Assembly: GCA_959600905.1 (NCBI GenBank)
Contig: CAUGNO010000003.1
Coordinates: 113,136 to 177,135, forward strand
Origin: an uncultured Eubacteriales bacterium
Lineage (GTDB): Bacteria; Bacillota; Clostridia; Christensenellales; QAND01
Direction: 5' to 3'
DNA: 64,000 nt
Positions 1 to 9,299 of this stretch are shown here, in pieces (the first letter of the stretch is position 1; the number at the start of each line of letters is the position of its first letter). Both the position numbers and the translations under genes were made by a program. Below the pieces are notes generated by a model that worked only from the letters and a program-made list of their open reading frames with translations, was not told where the DNA came from and did not search any database.

Positions 1-759
1 GAAGTCGTCTTTGAAGACGTTACCTTCCGCTATGGCGACGGCCCCGTTGTCTTAAAACATTTTAACCTGCATGTATCCCCGGGGCAGACCATTGCGCTGG
101 TCGGGCAGACCGGCAGCGGCAAAAGCACCATAGTCAACCTGCTTTGCCGTTTTTATGAGCCGACCAGCGGCCGCATCCTCTTAGACGGGGTGGATATCCG
201 CGCCCATTCCCAGGCTTTTTTGCAGTCGCACTTGGGATATGTATTGCAGGCGCCTCATCTGTTCTCCGGTACCATCGCAGACAATATTCGCTATGGCGAC
301 CCCACCGCCTCTATGGAACGAGTGCGCTGGGCCGCAGAACAGGTTTCTGCTGCCCCGTTTATCGATCAACTTCCGGAAGGGTATCAAACCCAGGTGGGTG
401 AGGGCGGCAACCGTCTGTCCACCGGACAAAAGCAGCTGATTTCCTTTGCACGCGCCCTGCTGCCCGACCCGCCGTTGTTTGTGCTGGATGAGGCCACCAG
501 CTCCATCGATACCGAGACAGAGCAGCTCATTCAGCAGGCCATCGAGCGCACGTTTGTCGGGCGCACGGCGTTTGTCATTGCCCATCGGCTGAGTACCATC
601 CGCCACGCGGACATCATTTTGGTCTTGCGGCACGGTACGCTCATTGAAAAGGGGACGCATAAAGAGCTGATGGCCCAGTATGGGTATTACCGGCGGCTCT
701 ACGAAAACCAATTCATTGCCAATGAACAAAAAGAGCTGCTTTCCGGTGAAAAAAAATAA
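1..759 (+). CDS. ABC exporter (fused permease/ATPase type), C-terminal ATP-binding domain; 5' end outside window
   Basis: Frame 1 is open from nt 1 (EVVFEDVTFRYGDGPVV...GQTGSGKST Walker A). It continues through the LSTGQKQ signature, Walker B LFVLDEATSSID and H-loop IAHRLSTI, to the stop at 759. Confidence 0.85.
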   Translation, partial: EVVFEDVTFRYGDGPVVLKHFNLHVSPGQTIALVGQTGSGKSTIVNLLCRFYEPTSGRILLDGVDIRAHSQAFLQSHLGYVLQAPHLFSGTIADNIRYGDPTASMERVRWAAEQVSAAPFIDQLPEGYQTQVGEGGNRLSTGQKQLISFARALLPDPPLFVLDEATSSIDTETEQLIQQAIERTFVGRTAFVIAHRLSTIRHADIILVLRHGTLIEKGTHKELMAQYGYYRRLYENQFIANEQKELLSGEKK

Positions 760-908
760 TAAAAAAAGAGCGGGAATGCCAACGCCACATAGGGAAGTAA
801 TTTGGAAACAACATCGAAATACAACTTATGGGCGTTGCAAAGGGGAAAAGGCAGTGTAGAAGGCAGAATTGCTTTTTTACACTGTCTTTTATTTATCAAA
901 AAAATATA

Positions 909-937
909 TTGAAAATTTTCTATATGTTGCATATAAT
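909..937 (+). promoter_or_regulatory. sigma-A type promoter for the arsR operon (TTGAAA-17 nt-TATAAT)
   Basis: ttgaaa (909-914), 17-nt AT-rich spacer, tataat (932-937), about 40 nt upstream of the arsR ATG. RBS ggagag lies before the ATG. Confidence 0.5.
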
Positions 938-939
938 AA

Positions 940-961
940 CACATAGACATTTTTCTATGTG
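940..961 (+). promoter_or_regulatory. perfect 7-bp inverted repeat CACATAG-N8-CTATGTG immediately downstream of the -10; candidate ArsR operator
   Basis: cacatag (940-946) and ctatgtg (955-961) are exact reverse complements. The position overlaps the predicted transcription start, typical for ArsR/SmtB autorepression. Confidence 0.4.
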
Positions 962-976
962 AGGTGATTAGGAGAG

Positions 977-1285
977 ATGGACGAAAAAAGAATTGCGATA
1001 ATTTTCAAAGCGTTTTGCGATGAAAACCGCATTAGAATTATAAAACTGCTGCGTTCAGGTGAAAAATGCGCCTGCAAGCTGTTGGAAGAAATCAATGTCA
1101 CACAGCCCACCCTTTCCCACCATATGAAAATACTGTGCGACGCCGGGATCATTGTCGGGCGCAAAGAGGGAAAATGGACGCACTATTCCATTTCAGAAAA
1201 AGGTGTAGAACAAGCAAAAGAATGTTTGCGGCAGTTGACAACACTTGATGGCCCATGTGAAAACAAACCGTGCTGTGAAAAGTGA
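977..1285 (+). CDS. arsR: ArsR/SmtB family metalloregulator
   Basis: 102 aa with a winged HTH. It carries the ArsR-type metalloid-binding Cys pair (SGEKCACKLLEEI, analogous to ELCVCDL) and a C-terminal Cys-rich tail (CENKPCCEK). Confidence 0.8.
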   Translation: MDEKRIAIIFKAFCDENRIRIIKLLRSGEKCACKLLEEINVTQPTLSHHMKILCDAGIIVGRKEGKWTHYSISEKGVEQAKECLRQLTTLDGPCENKPCCEK

Positions 1286-1373
1286 GGAAGTTTATACATC
1301 GCTTTTCCGCACGGCTTATATTTGGAATTATAAATAGATATATTTCAATATGATTATATGAAAGGGGCTTTCT

Positions 1374-2387
1374 ATGGAGGCATTAAAAACAGCGTGGGAC
1401 TTTTTTCAAAACGAAGTCCTCGGTATGAACTGGCTGAATCAGCTTATTGCAACAATTTTGAACGCTTGCGGCTTGGATACCACAAGTAAAATCGGTGCCA
1501 GCATTCAATTCTTCATTTACGATACCATAAAAATTATGGTATTGCTCGGCGTGTTGATTTTGATTATCTCGTATATTCAAAGTTATTTTCCACCCGAAAG
1601 AACAAAAAAGATACTCGGCAGATTTCACGGAATATGGGCGAATATCATCGCCGCCCTGCTCGGTACGGTAACACCGTTTTGCTCGTGTTCCTCTATTCCG
1701 CTGTTTATCGGATTTACAAGCGCAGGTTTGCCGCTTGGCGTTACATTTTCCTTTTTGATTTCTTCGCCGATGGTTGATCTCGGCAGCCTTGTCTTGTTGA
1801 TGAGCATTTTCGGCTGGAAAGTCGCTGTTTTGTATGTGATTCTCGGCTTGGTGATTGCTGTTATCGGCGGTACTTTAATCGAAAAGCTGCACCTTGAAAA
1901 TCAAGTGGAAGAATATATCCGAAACGGTCATTCTATTGATGTTCCGCAGGAAGAACTGCATTTCAAAGACCGTATGAAATATGCTTGGGAGCAGGTCGTT
2001 GAAACTGCCAAAAAGGTTACGCCCTATGTTTTGATCGGCGTGGGCATTGGTGCTATCATTCATAACTGGATTCCCGAAGAATTTATTGTCAAAACACTTG
2101 GCGACAACAATCCGTTCGGCGTAATTCTTGCCACAATAGTCGGTATTCCGATGTATGCGGATATTTTCGGTACAATCCCGATTGCAGAGGCTCTGCTGGC
2201 AAAGGGCGCTTTGCTCGGCGTTGTCCTTTCCTTTATGATGGGCGTTACAACGCTCTCGCTTCCCTCGATGATTATGCTTCGTAAGGCGGTCAAACCGAAA
2301 CTGCTTGCTATTTTCATTGGAATATGTTCTGTCGGTATTATCGTTGTGGGTTACTTCTTCAACGCAATACAATATTTGATCGTATAA
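1374..2387 (+). CDS. arsP: organoarsenical efflux permease ArsP family
   Basis: 337-aa polytopic membrane protein containing the ArsP signature motif TPFCSCSSIP. It sits directly after arsR with an RBS. Confidence 0.8.
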   Translation: MEALKTAWDFFQNEVLGMNWLNQLIATILNACGLDTTSKIGASIQFFIYDTIKIMVLLGVLILIISYIQSYFPPERTKKILGRFHGIWANIIAALLGTVTPFCSCSSIPLFIGFTSAGLPLGVTFSFLISSPMVDLGSLVLLMSIFGWKVAVLYVILGLVIAVIGGTLIEKLHLENQVEEYIRNGHSIDVPQEELHFKDRMKYAWEQVVETAKKVTPYVLIGVGIGAIIHNWIPEEFIVKTLGDNNPFGVILATIVGIPMYADIFGTIPIAEALLAKGALLGVVLSFMMGVTTLSLPSMIMLRKAVKPKLLAIFIGICSVGIIVVGYFFNAIQYLIV

Positions 2388-2404
2388 TTTAGGAGGTTGT
2401 CATT

Positions 2405-2770
2405 ATGGCATTGTTCAACTTTGGAAAGAAAAAGGACGAAGAAAAGAAAGCACCCGCTTGCGCTTGCAGTTGTGGCTGTTCTGCAACCGAGTGCTGCCCC
2501 GATTTAAAAGAGGGCGAAATCTGCTGTATCAAGGTGTTAGGGGCGGGTTGTAAGTCCTGCCACGAGCAGTATGAGAATGCGAAACAAGCGGTAAAGGATA
2601 TGGGACTTTCCGTAGAGGTCGAATACATTACCGATATGCAGAAAGTAATGGAATATGGCGTTATGAGTATGCCTGCCCTTGTTGTCAATGAAAAGGTTGT
2701 TGCTATGGGCAAGGTTTTAAAAGCAAGTGAAGTCGTGGCTTTATTGCAAAAATTAGAACGCCAAGAATGA
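2405..2770 (+). CDS. thioredoxin-family protein (redox-active disulfide protein 2 type, TIGR00412-like) with an N-terminal Cys-rich extension
   Basis: C-terminal 80 aa match the small thioredoxin fold (GAGCKSC CxxC, MGLSVEVEYITDM, GVMSMPALVVNEK). N-terminal CACSCGCSATECCP is a poly-Cys cluster. RBS aggagg is 8 nt upstream. Third gene of the ars operon. Confidence 0.7.
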   Translation: MALFNFGKKKDEEKKAPACACSCGCSATECCPDLKEGEICCIKVLGAGCKSCHEQYENAKQAVKDMGLSVEVEYITDMQKVMEYGVMSMPALVVNEKVVAMGKVLKASEVVALLQKLERQE

Positions 2771-2832
2771 AAAAATCACAAAATGTCGCATATCGTAACA
2801 AGCAGGGAAACTGTATTGACAGTTTCCCAAGA

Positions 2833-2863
2833 TAAAAAAGGTGTAGCACCCAAATAGTGCTAC
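2833..2863 (-). terminator. rho-independent terminator (gtagcac-loop-gtgctac plus T-run on the minus strand) after the MBL hydrolase gene; a second hairpin 2805-2828 follows the thioredoxin gene on +
   Basis: Stem-loop flanked by an A-run on + (T-run on -). Upstream hairpin gggaaactgt/acagtttccc is at 2805-2828. Confidence 0.5.
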
Positions 2864-2923
2864 GCCTTTCTATCTAATGGAAAATTTCCTTATTTGGCGT
2901 TGTCAAACTCCGCTCTTTTTCTT

Positions 2924-3586
2924 TTAATATTTGGATTCCATCACATAGACTTTCGCCCGTTTCGGAATGGTATATCCATCCAAATGCATTACGGAATCAT
3001 GGTACATGCTGATGGCATACTCGCTTTTTTTCATCTCTTCCAAAAAGTCCTCTACCGGCGCTAGATCATAGCGGCATGCCTCTGTCTTGTAGTGCATCGG
3101 GATCACGATCTTTACATCCAACGCCTCGACAACCTCGGCCGCCTGTTTGGCGTCTATGGTAAACAAGCCGCCTACCGGAATCATCAATACGTCGATCTTT
3201 CCCAGTGCCTTTACCTGTTCTTTGCCCAGCACATGGCCCAAATCTCCGCAATGACAAAAGCGCAAGCCGTCTGTCTCTACGATGGAAACAAGGTTTTCCC
3301 CACGCTTTGTCCCATTTTCATCATCATGATAAGTAGGCACCGTGTCTATGGCAAACCCTTTGGTTTCAAAATGGCCTGCCTTGTCTATCTTCATATAGTC
3401 GGGATTTTGAATGACTGCGGTATTCGCGTGGTCCATATGCCCATGAGAACAGATGACAACATCCACTTTATCCAGCTGGGGCTCCTTATACCCCGTATCC
3501 TCGCCCCTATAAGGGTCTATCAGCAACCGATGCCCCTCTTCATTGGCCAAACAAAAGCACGAATGTGCCAACCATTCCAATGTCAT
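2924..3586 (-). CDS. MBL-fold metallo-hydrolase (UPF0173-like)
   Basis: MTLEWLAHSCF... HGHMDH motif. Likely start is the internal ATG at 3586 (MTLEW); the ORF track extends 16 codons further upstream. Confidence 0.7.
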   Translation of the reverse strand: MTLEWLAHSCFCLANEEGHRLLIDPYRGEDTGYKEPQLDKVDVVICSHGHMDHANTAVIQNPDYMKIDKAGHFETKGFAIDTVPTYHDDENGTKRGENLVSIVETDGLRFCHCGDLGHVLGKEQVKALGKIDVLMIPVGGLFTIDAKQAAEVVEALDVKIVIPMHYKTEACRYDLAPVEDFLEEMKKSEYAISMYHDSVMHLDGYTIPKRAKVYVMESKY

Positions 3587-3673
3587 GTTTTCACGCCCTT
3601 TCCTTTCTAGGTTATTATATAGTATAGCATACAATTCCCTAAAAATGGAATTCCCGCTTTGTTTTGTTTGTCG

Positions 3674-5026
3674 TCAATATACAAAGGTTCCATCCTCCGC
3701 ATCGATGATTTGTAGAATGTCCTCTTCCTCGCCCGTTTCGGCGTTGATGTGTACATAGAACGAATCGCCGCCGTTGGTGCCGACAAATTCATAGCACAAT
3801 GCCTCCCCCATATCGTCGGTGGGGATCAAGGCCAGCCTGCACGCCTGAATATCCAGACGCTGCGCCACGCGCTGTTCCATGGCTGCCTGGTCGATGGTGG
3901 TCTTGTTTTCCATCTGCCTATCCGTATGGTACACGATATAATTGTTGGCATCCATCCCCACGATACGGCCGGATTCTACCTCGATCCAAACTTTAACCAG
4001 ATCCGGGTACAAATACACCTCGTTTTGCACCGGAAGCATATTTAAAACCGCCATGCCGTTGTAATATTGCGCGTAAGCGCCCCGCATCTCCGGATACCCT
4101 CTTTGTTGAAGATACTGCGCCGCCGTTTCCTCCAGCGCAGACAACTGCTCGTCCGAAGGGCGTACAGTCTCGCTGCCTGCGCTGTTTGGCAGCGCCTGAT
4201 ACAGCAAGCCGTCTCGCTTGGTCACGCTGATATCTATCACCAGCCCGTCATCCATCGTACATTGAAATTCGTACGTTGGAATCAATCCCTCATTCTGTTC
4301 GCCGGTTTGCTCATAATCGCCAGGGAAAAAGCGCTTTGCCGTTTCCAAAGCCTGCTCTACACTGACTTCCGGACCCTGTGCATTTTTGGGCTGAATATTC
4401 TCTGCCTTTTCTGAAAAGGCGCCATCGTAGATCAGCCTTGGACGCTGTTGCATGCTCTCCATGACTTTGCTGGCGTTTTCGCCGCTTCCATTGAGCATGT
4501 CAAGCTGTTTAGACGGATCGTCTATATCCCAGTGAATGCCCTCTGCGCGTCTCTGATCCAGCAGCTTTGACAATTCGTTGCTCTGCTCCTCCATGGTTTT
4601 AAGCGTATCGTATTCTTCCTGGGTGATGTCCGTCCCCTGCTCTATCTTTTGAGACAGTAGATAGCAATAATCTCCCAATTCATTGACAAAGGTAAGCAGC
4701 GGCTCGCTCACATCCTCCGGCAGCGGCAGGGTCGACAGAGCGCCCTGTGTTTCCCCGGCCAGCCTCCAAAGGCCCCCCAGCAGCAGGGCCTGCTGTGCTT
4801 GGGAGGTGCTGACGCGCAGCTTGGCCAGCTCTGCCCCCATGTTGGAAACATTGCCGGAGATCTCTCCCAATGCTTGATCATAGGCATTGTTCAGCTGCTG
4901 AGCATAGGCGTTTTTTCGGCCTAGGCTCTGTGTCAAAAACATGGCCAAAACCACAGCGGTCACCAGCATGGCCACCGCAATCAAACGCCAGATTTTTGTC
5001 TTTGTCCAGGTATGCTTTGTCTGCAT
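3674..5026 (-). CDS. ypeB: germination protein YpeB (PepSY domains)
   Basis: N-terminal TM helix followed by a long PepSY-containing extracellular region. Located directly downstream of sleB (11-nt gap). Start chosen at the ATG with GGAGG RBS (MQTKHTW...); the ORF track start at 5095 overlaps sleB. Confidence 0.7.
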   Translation of the reverse strand: MQTKHTWTKTKIWRLIAVAMLVTAVVLAMFLTQSLGRKNAYAQQLNNAYDQALGEISGNVSNMGAELAKLRVSTSQAQQALLLGGLWRLAGETQGALSTLPLPEDVSEPLLTFVNELGDYCYLLSQKIEQGTDITQEEYDTLKTMEEQSNELSKLLDQRRAEGIHWDIDDPSKQLDMLNGSGENASKVMESMQQRPRLIYDGAFSEKAENIQPKNAQGPEVSVEQALETAKRFFPGDYEQTGEQNEGLIPTYEFQCTMDDGLVIDISVTKRDGLLYQALPNSAGSETVRPSDEQLSALEETAAQYLQQRGYPEMRGAYAQYYNGMAVLNMLPVQNEVYLYPDLVKVWIEVESGRIVGMDANNYIVYHTDRQMENKTTIDQAAMEQRVAQRLDIQACRLALIPTDDMGEALCYEFVGTNGGDSFYVHINAETGEEEDILQIIDAEDGTFVY

Positions 5027-5037
5027 AGCATCCTCCC

Positions 5038-5742
5038 TCATTTGCAAAATACGTGCTGGCCAATGGTCAGCATGATCGGGCGCTGTTTGATCCATTCATT
5101 GGTTGCCGTTCTAGGATTGTAATAATATAGGCAACCCTTTGTCGGGTCATATCCGTTGAGCGCATCCTTGGCCGCGCGATACGCTTCGTTATCCGGTGTC
5201 AAGTTAAACTGCCCGTCCGCGACTGCGTCAAATGCGCCCGGCTGATAGATAACGCCCGAAATGGAATTGGGGAATTCCGCGCTCTTTACTCTGTTTAAAA
5301 TCACAGCAGCCACTGCCACCTTCCCTTTATACGGTTCTCCCCTGGCCTCGCCATGAATGGCCCTTGCCAAAAGCGTAATGTCCGCTTGGTTCTGCGAGGG
5401 CGAGCTGCTACCGCTGGCCCCGCTGCTTTCAAGCTGAATACCTAATTTTGCGGCTGTGGCAGGGCCGATAATACCATCAGACGTCAATCCGTTGGTACTC
5501 TGGAAATATTTAACGGCCTTTTCCGTACCGCTGCCAAATATGCCGTCTACGCTACCGTCGTAATAGCCCCAATTTTTCAGCTTTTGCTGTACGGTCTTTA
5601 CCAACGGGCCCTGCGACCCTTTTTTTAAATTTACCGTTGCCGCCAACGCCGCCTGTTGGTTGGGAAACATCAGCGTCAGCATAGTGCTCAGCGCGACGAC
5701 CAACCCCAGCAGCTTTGCGGGTGCATGCTTTGTGTTCTCCAT
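5038..5742 (-). CDS. sleB: spore cortex-lytic enzyme SleB (PG_binding_1 + hydrolase_2)
   Basis: Signal peptide, peptidoglycan-binding repeat (LKKGSQGPLVKTVQQKL...), and a C-terminal SleB/CwlJ hydrolase domain (ITLLARAIHGEARGEPY...VILNRV). Confidence 0.8.
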   Translation of the reverse strand: MENTKHAPAKLLGLVVALSTMLTLMFPNQQAALAATVNLKKGSQGPLVKTVQQKLKNWGYYDGSVDGIFGSGTEKAVKYFQSTNGLTSDGIIGPATAAKLGIQLESSGASGSSSPSQNQADITLLARAIHGEARGEPYKGKVAVAAVILNRVKSAEFPNSISGVIYQPGAFDAVADGQFNLTPDNEAYRAAKDALNGYDPTKGCLYYYNPRTATNEWIKQRPIMLTIGQHVFCK

Positions 5743-5756
5743 ACCGCGTTCCTCCT

Positions 5757-6260
5757 TTATTCAAACAGCCCTGCTAAAAACGATTCATATTCCACACCGT
5801 CGGAAGGCTGCCAATTTTCTTCTGTTTGCACCGGCTCTAATAAACATAGTGGCGGAAACAGCACACACCACCAATTTTGTCCCTCTGCCTGCCCTAGCTT
5901 GATACGCAGCGCCCGGTACTCGCCTGCCGGAAATAGCACGTCGCCGTATGTCTTATCCGGAAATTCAAAGGTGCCAATCTCTGCTGTTGCCCGGTAAGGG
6001 AATCCCTCTTCTTCCAATACGCTGTTTGCAGTTTCTATCAATTCTTCCAAATGCCGGGCTGCGTACTGCTCCGCTTCCTGGCTCGTCTGTGCCCCATCCA
6101 TATCGCCCAACTCTTGAATGATGGCGTCTCGAACCTCCAGCTTTACGGCCTGATCCGCTTCGCTGTTGCTGTCTGCAATGACGTGCAGGCGGAATACCGG
6201 CGGTACGCCTTGCGCAGTTGCTAAGCTGAGCGCAATGAGAAATGCTATCCATCGTTTCAT
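5757..6260 (-). CDS. spoIIR: stage II sporulation protein R
   Basis: Signal peptide plus the SpoIIR hallmark RLHVIADSNSEADQ and the C-terminal WWCVLFPPLC motif. Confidence 0.8.
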   Translation of the reverse strand: MKRWIAFLIALSLATAQGVPPVFRLHVIADSNSEADQAVKLEVRDAIIQELGDMDGAQTSQEAEQYAARHLEELIETANSVLEEEGFPYRATAEIGTFEFPDKTYGDVLFPAGEYRALRIKLGQAEGQNWWCVLFPPLCLLEPVQTEENWQPSDGVEYESFLAGLFE

Positions 6261-6397
6261 TTGTAAACGCCTCGTTTTCCCTTGATGTTATGTATCCAAA
6301 GTTTGTCCAATCTGGAATTTTTTAACCGCCCTTGCCAAAAAAAATGGGTCTGATACAATGAAACTACGAAAACTACCGGAAAAGGAGTGGTTGTGTT

Positions 6398-7240
6398 TTG
6401 ATCTCTGCGCGCTCTACCGCTAAATTGAATCTTACGTTAAAAATCACCGGTACCCGCCCAGATGGATACCATCTCTTGGATTCCCTGTTTTGCAGCGTCG
6501 ATCTGCACGACAAGCTCACCATTACGCCCGGCCAAGACGCATGTTCGACGGTATGCAGCCCAGAACAGCCCATCGTAAACAACCTTGCCACGCGGGCAGC
6601 GCTGCTCTTTTATCAACAGGCAGGCATTTCCGGCGGATGCCGAATACGCCTGGAAAAGCGCATCCCTATGGAAGCTGGCCTTGGCGGGGGCAGCGGCGAT
6701 GCCGCCGCCGTATTGAAGGCCTTGAACGAACACTTTGACCATCCTTTTTCTGAGGAAGCGCTCTTTGCGCTAGCCCTGCAGCTAGGGGCGGATATCCCCT
6801 TTGCCCTCAAGGGAGGTCTGGCCCGCGTTACGGGGATCGGAGAAACGCATACTCATCTCCATATGCGTCGCTCATTTAGCTTTGTCATCGCAAAGCCTGC
6901 CCAAGGCTTGTCTACCCAGCAGATGTACGCCTGTTATGATGAATCTCCCTCCGGCCTTCCCATCGACAACGATGCGTTTTATCGGGCTCTTTTGGCGCTG
7001 GATGGCACCGCCATGCGTGCCTATGGCGGCAACGACTTACAGCCGGCAGCGGAAAAGCATCTTCCCATCATCGCGCATCTTCAGGATAAGCTATACCAAA
7101 GCGGCGCCTTGTATGCCGCGATGACGGGCAGCGGCTCTGCTGTATTCGGCCTTTTTCCTTCCTATGAGCAGGCTCATATAGCCCAAGCATCCTTGCATTC
7201 TATGGTTCCTTACTGTGTTTGCTGCCAATCGCTCGTATAG
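6398..7240 (+). CDS. ispE: 4-diphosphocytidyl-2-C-methyl-D-erythritol kinase
   Basis: GHMP kinase with KLNLTLKI, PMEAGLGGGSGDAAA motifs. TTG start with AAAAGGAG RBS. Upstream TTGCCA-N16-TACAAT promoter. Confidence 0.85.
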   Translation: MISARSTAKLNLTLKITGTRPDGYHLLDSLFCSVDLHDKLTITPGQDACSTVCSPEQPIVNNLATRAALLFYQQAGISGGCRIRLEKRIPMEAGLGGGSGDAAAVLKALNEHFDHPFSEEALFALALQLGADIPFALKGGLARVTGIGETHTHLHMRRSFSFVIAKPAQGLSTQQMYACYDESPSGLPIDNDAFYRALLALDGTAMRAYGGNDLQPAAEKHLPIIAHLQDKLYQSGALYAAMTGSGSAVFGLFPSYEQAHIAQASLHSMVPYCVCCQSLV

Positions 7241-7251
7241 GCTGACAATAT

Positions 7252-7285
7252 AAAAAAGCGGTAAGCCGTGCTTACCGCTTTTTTC
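7252..7285. terminator. bidirectional rho-independent terminator (gcggtaagc/gcttaccgc hairpin flanked by A- and T-runs)
   Basis: aaaaaagcggtaagccgtgcttaccgcttttttc lies between the convergent ispE (+) and the SipL-like gene (-). Confidence 0.7.
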
Positions 7286-7287
7286 TT

Positions 7288-8802
7288 TTATCGGCAAATC
7301 AGGATCAGTTTGTCACCCTTTTCCACCGGCTTATTTTCTTCTTTTCCCTTATAGCGAATATCCTCCATCCGCACGCGGTACCGTTTGGCCACATCCCAGA
7401 GATCTTCGCCCATCCCCACAAAATAGATGATGATGCCCGCCGGCCTCTTTTCCGACTCCTCCTCCAGCTCTATGCCGCATACCAGCGTAATCTCCTGTTC
7501 TTGTTCGCCTTCTGCTTCCCAGGCCAGCATCACTCTGATATCCAGCCCATCTCCATTGGTTACCGCTTGAATCTGCTCGCAGACCACATGGGCAAATACC
7601 TGCATGCACGCTGTCATGCCCGGCGCTTCCTCTTCTAAGTGAACCGGGATCTCGCAACGGATGCTTTGCAGCTCTTCACTGCGGTCTAAAAACAAAACGT
7701 CGCACTGTACCACGGTATCGATGCAGATCTTATCTTGCTCTGCTGTAGCCCTTGCGGCGCAGGCATTGGCAAAACAGCTCAAAACCTTGGAGGGTTGCTC
7801 CTCCAGCGGTACGGAAACCTGTTCTCTAACCGGCACCTGTCCTTTTGCCTTGGCGCTAGCGACGCATACGCTTACCTGCTCCTCTTCCAACACCACATCA
7901 TGGCCCAGGGCATATGCATCTGTTACCACCGTCATGGTGCGTTCCGCGGAAGTATCCGCCTCCAGCGTGCAGACAGCTTCGATATGGAGGCTGTCCCCTT
8001 CCTCGTTCACCCTGGCAAACAGATCTTTCCATTGGGCTCTTACCATTGCTTGCTGATCCATCCTTGCGCCCGGCGCTGCGATCATCTGGCTAAATGGCAG
8101 CTGCGGGAAGCACTGCAAAATGGGCGTCTGCTCATCCTCTGTGCCCACAACGATATTCAGCTTTAAGGCACCCTCTACGCCGATGGCATCCTCTTGGCAA
8201 AAGGCCTGCAAAATCTCCGCATGCCCTTGACAGCAAAGCACCTGCGTAGCGAGAGACGCTCCGGTAGGCAGCTCTATATCCCCTACCACCTCCACAGCAG
8301 CGGTTCCCCGGGCACATCTACGGCGAAGCGGGAGATGTTTGGTCTTTGTCACAACGCCCTCCGGCACATGCTCCTTCTCTAGCGCGCAAAGATCCTTTTC
8401 CTCTTCCATTTCACACTGCACATCCACCACCGCAGACACGTTCAGCCTTCTGGAATCTATCATCTCATAGTTTACTTCACAAACATATGCCTGCGCCATG
8501 CCTCGCATGCCCGGCTGTGCGCCCGGCAGCTCGGCCGTATGCTTAAAGGTAGAGACGGATTCAAACGCATGCACCTTGCCCTCTGCGCACACATAGCATA
8601 CGCACAGCGTGACTGTGCCATCTGTCATTACGCGGCCCTCCAAAAGCTCTACCTGCGCGGTTTGCGCATGGCCGCGGACCATGAGGACACGCTCCATTTC
8701 CGGCTTGCCGACCGGCAGCGCTACCTCTCCTTCAATCAACGCCTGTGTTAGGCTGCCGTTGTTATGATGCAATACACGTTCCCTGCTGCATTGTTCTTCC
8801 AT
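7288..8802 (-). CDS. DUF3794-repeat protein with C-terminal LysM domain (SipL/SpoVID-like spore coat morphogenetic protein)
   Basis: C-terminal LysM (IIYFVGMGEDLWDVAKRYRVRMEDI...). Acidic repeated N-terminal region like clostridial SipL. Located next to veg and spo0A. Start uncertain (8802 or 8865). Confidence 0.5.
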   Translation of the reverse strand: MEEQCSRERVLHHNNGSLTQALIEGEVALPVGKPEMERVLMVRGHAQTAQVELLEGRVMTDGTVTLCVCYVCAEGKVHAFESVSTFKHTAELPGAQPGMRGMAQAYVCEVNYEMIDSRRLNVSAVVDVQCEMEEEKDLCALEKEHVPEGVVTKTKHLPLRRRCARGTAAVEVVGDIELPTGASLATQVLCCQGHAEILQAFCQEDAIGVEGALKLNIVVGTEDEQTPILQCFPQLPFSQMIAAPGARMDQQAMVRAQWKDLFARVNEEGDSLHIEAVCTLEADTSAERTMTVVTDAYALGHDVVLEEEQVSVCVASAKAKGQVPVREQVSVPLEEQPSKVLSCFANACAARATAEQDKICIDTVVQCDVLFLDRSEELQSIRCEIPVHLEEEAPGMTACMQVFAHVVCEQIQAVTNGDGLDIRVMLAWEAEGEQEQEITLVCGIELEEESEKRPAGIIIYFVGMGEDLWDVAKRYRVRMEDIRYKGKEENKPVEKGDKLILICR

Positions 8803-9017
8803 TTTATGCCCCCGTTCTATGCGTTGCTTCGCATTGTTGTTTTCTTTTCTATGCTTAATCGGCACAAACGAGGTTTATGACTTTTTATACGTATTTTTTT
8901 ATGCTTGTATCGCCCAATGGGCCCTTTTACCCTCTTGCAAACATTTTTCTCCCAGCATTGAAAGGCAAAAAAAGGCGCCCTTTGAAAGAGCGCCTTTCTA
9001 CTGGAGTAGGGGGGAAA

Positions 9018-9248
9018 TTACTCCAAGTATTCCATTTCAAGCTGCCTGGTAAACAGTTCATTGTATCCATAGCTGATGCGTTTTTCCTGTCCGTGTTCCT
9101 CGATCAAGATCGTGAATACGCTGGGAAAACTGCGTTCTAGGATGCCTACGTTTTCCACACACTTGCTTCTGCCTCTATGAGATCGCATCCAAACCCGTCT
9201 ACCCAGGTTCTTCTCAATGCCGCCTCGTATCTCTTGCCACTGTTCCAT
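9018..9248 (-). CDS. veg: Veg family protein (DUF1021)
   Basis: Pattern LGRRV...RGRSK..ENVGILERSFPSVFTI...ISYGYNELF matches Veg. The internal ATG start gives about 76 aa. Confidence 0.75.
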   Translation of the reverse strand: MEQWQEIRGGIEKNLGRRVWMRSHRGRSKCVENVGILERSFPSVFTILIEEHGQEKRISYGYNELFTRQLEMEYLE

Positions 9249-9299
9249 GCCATCGCCTCCTGTTTGTTCTTGCAAATAGCATGCCCAGTATGCGGCAAT

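Noticed and set aside
181-729. 182-aa ORF on the minus strand
   Set aside because: Entirely antisense to the clearly conserved ABC ATPase domain. No RBS, and the amino-acid composition is atypical.
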